Part shown: positions 53,374-64,000 of the stretch, one piece after another
How the letters are laid out: every line of letters begins with the position of its first letter
How positions within the stretch are numbered: position 1 is the first letter of the stretch
Origin: Macrostomum lignano
Lineage: Eukaryota
DNA length: 64,000 nt
Direction: 5' to 3'
Assembly: GCA_002269645.1 (NCBI GenBank)
Contig: NIVC01000593.1
Coordinates: 457,047-521,046 of the forward strand
Notes under the pieces: model-generated
Told to the model about the DNA's origin: nothing
What the model saw: only the letters and a program-made list of their open reading frames with translations
The model's database searches: none
Position numbers and translations under genes: made by a program

Positions 53374-54229
53374 CAGCATTATAGCGATTCCTTGCAAGCC
53401 TCAACATCGTAGGGATTCCCAAATGAATCTCTTAACTTTGACATGAAGCTTCTTTTATTTTTTACATTACGCTTTTTTATCAGCGATCCCTCCCCTGAGG
53501 AGGCATCAAATAATGTAATAAAAAGTTTTCAATAAACTACATGTAGCTTCTGACTTTAGCCTTGAAATCTCATTTATACCCCCGTGAGCCTTGACATCTC
53601 AGCTATTCCCCCCGTAAGCCTTGACATGTCAGCAATGGCCCCCATAAACCTTGAAATCTAAAATATCCCCTGTTAACCTTGAAACCCGATAAAATATAAC
53701 CCTCAACCCACACCTGACCTAAACCTAACTTTAACCCAACCTAAAGCCTTGAAATCTCAGCAATTCTTCTCCCCTAAGCCTTGACATTTTAGTGATTCCT
53801 TCTTTAAGAATCACAGCACTATAACGATTTCCACCAAGCTTTGACATCGTAGCAATTCCCAAATGAATCTTTTAACTTCGACATGACTTTTCTTTATGTA
53901 TACATAGTGCTACTTTTATTTTTTACATGACTTTTCTTCTATCAGCGCCCCCCGTGACGAGCCAACAAAGAATGCAATAAAAAAATGGAGTAAAGTACAT
54001 GAACTTTGAAGTAGCTTCTGACTTTTGCTTTGACATCTCAGAAACCCCCCCCCGTAATCTCAGTTATTCTCTGAGAGCCTTTACGTCTCAGTGTTTCTCC
54101 CCAGCACAGCATTATAGTTGCATTTAATTTTTGCATGAACCCTTCATGTCTGACATGACGTTTCTTTTATTCTACCGTGACGCTTCTTAATTTTTAAAAT
54201 GACACTTTCATTAGTTTTTAAATGAGGCT

Positions 54230-57200
54230 TCTATGATTTTTTCTTGACGCTTCTATGATTTTTACATGACGCTTCTATGAATGTTTACATGACGCTTCTA
54301 TGATTGTTTACATGACGCTTCTACGATTTTTTACATGACGCTTCTATGATTGTTTACATGACGCTTCTATGATTGTTTACATGACGCTTCTATGATTGTT
54401 TACATGACGCTTCTATGATTGTTTACATGACGCTTCTACGATTTTTTACATGACGCTTCTATGATTGTTTACATGACGCTTCTATGATTGTTTACATGAC
54501 GCTTCTATGATTGTTTACATGACGCTTCTATGATTGTTTACATGACGCTTCTATGATTGTTTACATGACGCTTCTATGATTGTTTACATGACGCTTCTAT
54601 GATTGTTTACATGACGCTTCTATGATTGTTTACATGACGCTTCTATGATTGTTTACATGACGCTTCTACGATTTTTTACATGACGCTTCTATGATTGTTT
54701 ACATGACGCTTCTATGATTGTTTACAGAATGCTTCTATGATTGTTTACATGACGCTTCTACGATTTTTTACATGACGCTTCTATGATTGTTTACATGACG
54801 CTTCTATGATTGTTTACATGGCGCTTCTATGATTGTTTACATGACGCTTCTATGATTTTTTAAATGACGCATCTATGATTGTTTACATGACGCTTCTACG
54901 ATTTTTTACATGACGCTTCTACGATTTTTTACATGACGCTTCTATGATTGTTTACATGACGCTTCTATGATTTTTTAAATGACGCTTCTATGATTGTTTA
55001 CATGACGCTTCTACGATTTTTATATGACGCTTCTATGATTTTTTAAATGACGCTTCTATGATTGTTTACATGACGCTTCTACGATTTTTTACATGACGCT
55101 TCTATGATTGTTTACATGACGCCTCTAAGATTTTTTAAATGACGCTTCTATGATTGTTTACATGACGCTTCTATGATTGTTTACATGACGCTTCTATGAT
55201 TGTTTACATGACGCTTCTATGATTGTTTACATGACGCTTCTACGATTTTTTACATGACGCTTCTATGATTGTTTACATGACGCCTCTAAGATTTTTTAAA
55301 TGACGCTTCTATGATTGTTTACATGACGCTTCTATGATTGTTTACATGACGCTTCTATGATTGTTTACATGACGCTTCTACGATTTTTTACATGACGCTT
55401 CTATGATTGCTTACATGACGCTTCTACGATTTTTTACATGACGCTTCTATGATTGTTCACATGACGCTTCTATGATTGTTTACATGACGCTTCTATGATT
55501 GTTTACATGACGCTTCTACGATTTTTTACATGACGCTTCTATGATTGTTTACATGACGCTTCTATGATTGTTTACATGACGCTTCTATGATTGTTTACAT
55601 GACGCTTCTATGATTGTTTACATGACGCTTCTACGATTTTTTACATGACGCTTCTATGATTGTTTACATGACGCTTCTATGATTGTTTACATGACGCTTC
55701 TATGATTGTTTACATGACGCTTCTATGATTGTTTACATGACGCTTCTATGATTGTTTACATGACGCTTCTATGATTGTTTACATGACGCTTCTATGATTG
55801 TTTACATGACGCTTCTATGATTGTTTACATGACGCTTCTATGATTGTTTACATGACGCTTCTACGATTTTTTACATGACGCTTCTATGATTGTTTACATG
55901 ACGCTTCTATGATTGTTTACATGACGCTTCTATGATTGTTTACATGACGCTTCTACGATTTTTTACATGACGCTTCTATGATTGTTTACATGACGCTTCT
56001 ATGATTGTTTACAGAATGCTTCTATGATTGTTTACATGACGCTTCTACGATTTTTTACATGACGCTTCTATGATTGTTTACATGACGCTTCTACGATTTT
56101 TATATGACGCTTCTATGATTTTTTAAATGACGCTTCTATGATTTTTTAATGACGCTTCTATGATTTTTTAAATGACGCTTCTATGATTTTTTAAATGACG
56201 CTTCTATGATTGTTTACATGACGCTTCTATGATTTTTTTACATGACGCTTCTATGTTTTTTAAATGACGCTTCTATGATTGTTTACATGACGCTTCTGCG
56301 ATTTTTTACATGACGCTTCTATGATTGTTTACATGACGCTCTAAGATTTTTAAATGACGCTTCTATGATTGTTTACATGACGCTTCTATGATTGTTTACA
56401 TGACGCTTCTATGATTGTTTACATGACGCTTCTATGATTGTTTACATGACGCTTCTACGATTTTTTACATGACGCTTCTATGATTGTTTACATGACGCTC
56501 TAAGATTTTTTAAATGACGCTTCTATGATTGTTTACATGACGCTTCTATGATTGTTTACATGACGCTTCTATGATTGTTTACATGACGCTTCTACGATTT
56601 TTTACATGACGCTTCTATGATTGCTTACATGACGCTTCTACGATTTTTTACATGACGCTTCTATGATTGTTCACATGACGCTTCTATGATTGTTTACATG
56701 ACGCTTCTATGATTGTTTACATGACGCTTCTACGATTTTTTACATGACGCTTCTATGATTGTTTACATGACGCTTCTATGATTGTTTACATGACGCTTCT
56801 ATGATTGTTTACATGACGCTTCTATGATTTTTTACATGACGCTTCTATGATTGTTTACATGACGCTTCTACGATGTTTTACATGGCGCTTCTATGATTGT
56901 TTACATGACGCTTCTATGATTTTTACATGACGCTTCTATGATTGTTTACATGTCGCTTCTAAGATTTTTTACATGACGCTTCTATGATTGTTTACATGAC
57001 GCTTCTATGATTGTTTACATGACGCTTCTATGATTGTTTACATGACGCTTCTATGATTGTTTACATGACGCTTCTATGATTGTTTACATGACGCTTCTAT
57101 GATTGTTTACATGACGCTTCTATGATTGTTTACATGACGCTTCTATGATTGTTTACATGACGCTTGTATGATTTTTATATGACGCTTCTATGATTGTTTA

Positions 57201-60200
57201 CCTGACGCTTCTATGATTGTTTACATGACGCTTCTATGATTGTTTACATGACGCTTCTATGATTGTTTACATGACGCTTCTATGATTGTTTACATGACGC
57301 TTCTATGATTGTTTACATGACGCTTCTATGATTGTTTACATGACGCTTCTATGATTGTTTACATGACGCTTCTATGATTGTTTACATGACGCTTCTATGA
57401 TTGTTTACATGACGCTTCTATGATTGTTATATGACGCTTCTATGATTTTTTACATGACGCTTCTATGATTGTTAACATGACGCTTCTATGATTTTTTACA
57501 TGACGCTTCTATGATATTTTACATGACGCTTCTATGATTTTTTAAATGACGCATCTATGATTCTTCTATGACGCTTCTATGATTTTTTAAATGACGCATC
57601 TATGATTGTTTACATGACGCTACTAAGATTTTTTACATGACGCTTCTACGATTTTTTACATGACGCTTCTATGATTGTTTACATGACGCTTCTATGATTT
57701 TTTAAATGACGCTTCTATGATTGTTTACATGACGCTTCTACGATTTTTATATGACGCTTCTATGATTTTTTAAATGACGCTTCTATGATTTTTTAATGAC
57801 GCTTCTATGATTTTTTAAATGACGCTTCTATGATTTTTTAAATGACGCTTCTATGATTGTTTACATGACGCTTCTATGATTTTTTTACATGACGCTTCTA
57901 TGTTTTTTAAATGACGCTTCTATGATTGTTTACATGACGCTTCTACGATTTTTTACATGACGCTTCTATGATTGTTTACATGACGCCTCTAAGATTTTTT
58001 AAATGACGCTTCTATGATTGTTTACATGACGCTTCTATGATTGTTTACATGACGCTTCTATGATTGTTTACATGACGCTTCTATGATTGTTTACATGACG
58101 CTTCTACGATTTTTTACATGACGCTTCCATGATTGTTTACATGACGCCTCTAAGATTTTTTAAATGACGCTTCTATGATTGTTTACATGACGCTTCTATG
58201 ATTGTTTACATGACGCTTCTATGATTGTTTACATGACGCTTCTACGATTTTTTACATGACGCTTCTATGATTGCTTACATGACGCTTCTACGATTTTTTA
58301 CATGACGCTTCTATGATTGTTCACATGACGCTTCTATGATTGTTTACATGACGCTTCTATGATTGTTTACATGACGCTTCTACGATTTTTTACATGACGC
58401 TTCTATGATTGTTTACATGACGCTTCTATGATTGTTTACATGACGCTTCTATGATTGTTTACATGACGCTTCTATGATTTTTTACATGACGCTTCTATGA
58501 TTGTTTACATGACGCTTCTATAATGTTTTACATGGCGCTTCTATGATTGTTTACATGACGCTTCTATGATTGTTTACATGACGCTTCTATGATTGTTTAC
58601 ATGTCGCTTCTAAGATTTTTTACATGACGCTTCTATGATTGTTTACATGACGCTTCTATGATTGTTTACATGACGCTTCTATGATTGTTTACATGACGCT
58701 TTTAAGATTTTTTACATGACGCTTCTATGATTGTTTACATGACGCCTCTATGATTGTTTACATGACGCTTCTATGATTTTTTAAATGATGCTTCTATGAT
58801 TTTTAACATGACGCTTCTATGATTGTTTACATGACGCTTCTATGATTTTTTACATGACGCTTCTATGATTTTTTATATGACGCTTCTATGATAGTTTACA
58901 TGACGCTTCTATGATTGTTTACATGACGCTTCTATGATTGTTTACATGACGCTTTTATGATTGTTTACATGACGCTTTTATGATTTTTACATGACACCCT
59001 TCATGTCTGACATGACGTTTCTTTTATTCTACCGTGATGCTTCTTAATTTTTAAAATGACACTTTCATTAGTTTTAAAAAAAGGCTTCTATGATTTTTTA
59101 CATGACGCTTCTATGATTTTTAAATGACGCTTCTATGATTTTTTACATGACGCTTCTATGATTTTTTACATGACGCTTCTATGATTTTTTACCTGACGCT
59201 TCTATGATTTTTTACATGACGCTTCTATGATTTTTTACATGACGCTTCTATGATTGTTTCATGACGCTTGTATGATTTTTATATGACGCTTCTATGATTG
59301 TTTACCTGACGCTTCTATGATTGTTTACATGACGCTTCTAGGATTGTTTACATGACGCTTCTATGATTGTTTACATGACGCTTCTATGATTGTTTACATG
59401 ACGCTTCTATGATTGTTTACATGACGCTTCTATGATTGTTTACATGACGCTTCTATGATTGTTTACATGACGCTTCTATGATTGTTTACATGACGCTTCT
59501 ATGATTGTTTACATGACGCTTCTATGATTGTTTACATGACGCTTCTATGATTGTTTACATGACGCTTCTATGATTGTTTACATGACGCTTCTATGATTGT
59601 TTACATGACGCTTCTATGATTGTTTACAGAATGCTTCTATGATTGTTTACATGACGCTTCTACGATTTTTTACATGACGCTTCTATGATTGTTTACATGA
59701 CGCTTCTACGATTTTTATATGACGCTTCTATGATTTTTTAAATGACGCTTCTATGATTTTTTAATGACGCTTCTATGATTTTTTAAATGACGCTTCTATG
59801 ATTTTTTAAGTGACGCTTCTATGATTGTTTACATGACGCTTCTATGATTTTTTTACATGACGCTTCTATGTTTTTTAAATGACGCTTCTATGATTGTTTA
59901 CATGACGCTTCTGCGATTTTTTACATGACGCATCTATGATTGTTTACATGACGCCTCTAAGATTTTTTAAATGACGCTTCTATGATTGTTTACATGACGC
60001 TTCTATGATTGTTTACATGACGCTTCTATGATTGTTTACATGACGCTTCTATGATTGTTTACATGACGCTTCTACGATTTTTTACATGACGCTTCTATGA
60101 TTGTTTACATGACGCTCTAAGATTTTTTAAATGACGCTTCTATGATTGTTTACATGACGCTTCTATGATTGTTTACATGACGCTTCTATGATTGTTTACA

Positions 60201-63200
60201 TGACGCTTCTATGATTGTTTACATGACGCTTCTATGATTGCTTACATGACGCTTCTACGATTTTTTACATGACGCTTCTATGATTGTTCACATGACGCTT
60301 CTATGATTGTTTACATGACGCTTCTATGATTGTTTACATGACGCTTCTACGATTTTTTACATGACGCTTCTATGATTGTTTACATGACGCTTCTATGATT
60401 GTTTACATGACGCTTCTATGATTGTTTACATGACGCTTCTATGATTTTTTACATGACGCTTCTATGATTGTTTACATGACGCTTCTATGATGTTTACATG
60501 GCGCTTCTATGATTGTTTACATGACGCTTCTATGATTGTTTACATGACGCTTCTATGATTGTTTACATGACGCTTCTAAGATTTTTTACATGACGCTTCT
60601 ATGATTGTTTACATGACGCTTCTATGATTGTTTACATGACGCTTCTATGATTGTTTACATGACGCTTCTATGATTGTTTACATGACGCTTCTATGATTGT
60701 TTACATGACGCTTCTATGATTGTTTACATGACGCTTCTATGATTGTTTACATGACGCTTCTATGATTGTTTACATGACGCTTCTACGATTTTTTACATGA
60801 CGCTTCTATGATTGTTTACATGACGCTTCTATGATTGTTTACAGAATGCTTCTATGATTGTTTACATGACGCTTCTACGATTTTTACATGACGCTTCTAT
60901 GATTGTTTACATGACGCTTCTATGATTGTTTACATGGCGCTTCTATGATTGTTTACATGACGCTTCTATGATTGTTTACATGACGCTTCTATGATTGTTT
61001 ACATGACGCTTCTAAGATTTTTACATGACGCTTCTACGATTTTTTACATGACGCTTCTATGATTTTTACATGACGCTTCTATGATTTTTTAAATGACGCT
61101 TCTATGATTGTTTACATGACGCTTCTACGATTTTTATATGACGCTTCTATGATTGTTTACATGACGCTTCTATGATTGTTTACATGACGCTTCTATGATT
61201 GTTTACATGACGCTTCTATGATTGTTTTACATGACGCTTCTATGATTGTTTACATGACGCTTGTATGATTTTTATATGACGCTTCTATGATTGTTTACAT
61301 GACGCTTCTATGATTGTTTACATGACGCTTCTATGATTGTTTACATGACGCTTCTATGATTGTTTACATGACGCTTCTATGATTGTTTACATGACGCTTC
61401 TATGATTGTTTACATGACGCTTCTATGATTTTTACATGACGCTTCTATGATTGTTTACATGACGCTTCTATGATTGTTTACATGACGCTTCTATGATTGT
61501 TTTACATGACGCTTCTATGATTGTTTATGACGCTTCTATGATTTTTACATGACGCTTCTATGATTGTTAACATGACGCTTCTATGATTTTTACATGACGC
61601 TTCTATGATTTTTACATGACGCTTCTATGATTTTTTAAATGACGCTCTATGATTTTCTATGACGCTTCTATGATTTTTTAATGACGCTCTATGATTGTTT
61701 ACATGACGCTCTAAGATTTTTACATGACGCTTCTACGATTTTTTACATGACGCTTCTATGATTGTTTACATGACGCTTCTATGATTTTTTAAATGACGCT
61801 TCTATGATTGTTTACATGACGCTTCTATGATTTTTATATGACGCTTCTATGATTTTTAATGACGCTTCTATGATTTTTTAATGACGCTTCTATGATTTTT
61901 TACAATGACGCTTCTATGATTTTTTAATGACGCTTCTATGATTGTTTACATGACGCTTCTATGATTTTTACATGACGCTTCTATGATTTTTAATGACGCT
62001 TCTATGATTGTTTACATGACGCTTCTACGATTTTTACATGACGCTTCTATGATTGTTTACATGACGCCTCTAAGATTTTTAATGACGCTTCTATGATTGT
62101 TTTACATGACGCTTCTATGATTGTTTACATGACGCTTCTATGATTGTTTACATGACGCTTCTATGATTGTTTACATGACGCTTCTACGATTTTTTACATG
62201 ACGCTTCTATGATTGTTTACATGACGCCTCTAGAATTTTTTAATGACGCTTCTATGATTGTTTACATGACGCTTCTATGATTGTTTACATGACGCTTCTA
62301 TGATTGTTTACATGACGCTTCTACGATTTTTTACATGACGCTTCTATGATTGTTACATGACGCTTCTACGATTTTTTACATGACGCTTCTATGATTGTTC
62401 ACATGACGCTTCTATGATTGTTTACATGACGCTTCTATGATTGTTTACATGACGCTTCTATGATTGTTTACATGACGCTTCTATGATTGTTTACATGACG
62501 CTTCTATGATTGTTTACATGACGCTTCTATGATTGTTTTACATGACGCTTCTATGATTTTTTACATGACGCTTCTATGATTGTTTACATGACGCTTTTAT
62601 AATGTTTTACATGGCGCTTCTATGATTTTTACATTGACGCTTCTATGATTGTTTTACATGACGCTTCTATGATTGTTTACATGTCGCTTCTAAGATTTTT
62701 TACATGACGCTTCTATGATTGTTTACATGACGCTTCTATGATTGTTTACATGACGCTTCTATGATTGTTTACATGACGCTTTTAAGATTTTTTACATGAC
62801 GCTTCTATGATTGTTTACATGACCCTCTATGATTGTTTACATGACGCTTCTATGATTTTTTAATGATGCTTCTATGATTTTTACATGACGCTTCTATGAT
62901 TGTTTACATGACGCTTCTATGATTTTTTACATGACGCTTCTATGATTTTTTATATGACGCTTCTATGATAGTTTACATTGACGCTTCTATGATTGTTACA
63001 TGACGCTTCTATGATTGTTTACATGACGCTTTTATGATTGTTTACATGACGCTTTATGATTTTTAACATGACACCGGCTTCATGTCTGACATGACGTTTC
63101 TTTTATTCTACCGTGATGCTTCTTAATAAAATGACACTTCTCATTAGTTTTTAAAATAAGGCTTTTATGATTTTTTACATGACGCTTCTATGATTTTAAT

Positions 63201-64000
63201 GACGCTTCTATGATTTTTTCATGACGCTTCTATGATTTTTTACATGACGCTTCTATGATTTTTACCTGACGCTTCTATGATTTTTTACATGACGCTTCTA
63301 TGATTTTTTACATGACGTTCTATGATTGTTTATGACGCTTGTATGATTTTTTAATGACGCTTCTATGATTGTTTACCTGACGCTTCTATGATTGTTTACA
63401 TGACGCTTCTAGGATTGTTTACATGACGCTTCTATGATTGTTTACATGACGCTTCTATGATTGTTTACATGACGCTTCTATGATTGTTTACATGACGCTT
63501 CTATGATTGTTTACATGACGCTTCTATGATTTTTTACATGACGCTTGTATGATTTTTATATGACGCTTCTATGATTTTTTACATGACGCTTCTATGATTG
63601 TTTACATGACGCTTCTATGATATTTTACATGACGCTTCTATGATTTTTAAATGACGCATCTATGATTGTTTACATGACGCTTCTATGATTTTTTACATGA
63701 CGCTTCTATGATTTTTTACATGGCATTTCTATGATTTTTTTACATGACGCTTCTATGATATTTACATGACTTCTATGATTGTTTACATGACGCTTCTATG
63801 ATGTTTTACATGACGCTTCTATGATATTGTTTTACATGACGACTTCTATGATTTGTTTACATGACGCTTCTATGATTGTTTACATGACGCTTGTATGATT
63901 TTTATATGACGCTTCTATGATTGTTTACCTGACGCTTCTATGATTGTTTACATGCGCTTCTAGGATTGTTTACATGACGCTTCTATGATTGTTTACATGA
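54230..64000. repeat. 23-bp satellite (CATGACGCTTCTATGATTGTTTA), ~9.8 kb, multi-kb higher-order structure, runs off the right edge
   Basis: Over 400 monomers; a ~90-bp non-monomer spacer recurs at 54141, 58998 and 63078. Confidence 0.98.

Larger units (their letters stand above)
52785..54140. repeat. diverged ~410-460 bp tandem unit (2.5 copies) containing telomere-like repeats
   Basis: Anchors at about 52785, 53480 and 53941; shared CCTTGAAATCT/CCTTGACAT blocks; the hAT MITE is inserted in copy 1 only. Confidence 0.75.

Overview
Repeat-rich eukaryotic (invertebrate animal) genomic DNA, not prokaryotic. GC-rich, CAG/GCC-laden exons, minisatellite-stuffed introns and TTAGGG repeats resemble the flatworm Macrostomum lignano (inference). 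Three protein-coding genes are well supported by family motifs plus phase-compatible GT-AG junctions. (1) A minus-strand tincar-family multipass membrane protein, exons 23251-22756 and 14042-12205. (2) A plus-strand NMNAT with five exons, 25931-29161. (3) A plus-strand ASPP-family protein (coiled coil, RVxF, ankyrin repeats, SH3), 41697-48423. A weaker minus-strand claudin/clarin-like tetraspan gene runs off the left edge (3217-317), and there are a few orphan exons. About half the window is tandem repeat: roughly 25 distinct micro/minisatellite arrays, many starting within tens of bases of splice sites, ending in a ~9.8 kb 23-bp satellite with multi-kb higher-order structure. Mobile elements include two MITEs with TSDs, a CORE-like SINE, a tRNA-derived SINE family and a probable satellite-carrying element. 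The most interesting observation is that the NMNAT stop codon sits inside a GTGAG splice donor. That donor is in phase with an orphan exon at 31458-31800, and the chain either stops 53 nt before the ASPP start codon (operon-like) or fuses in frame to ASPP. Most long ORFs in the supplied track are translated satellites and are not genes. All exon models were built by eye and need transcript confirmation.
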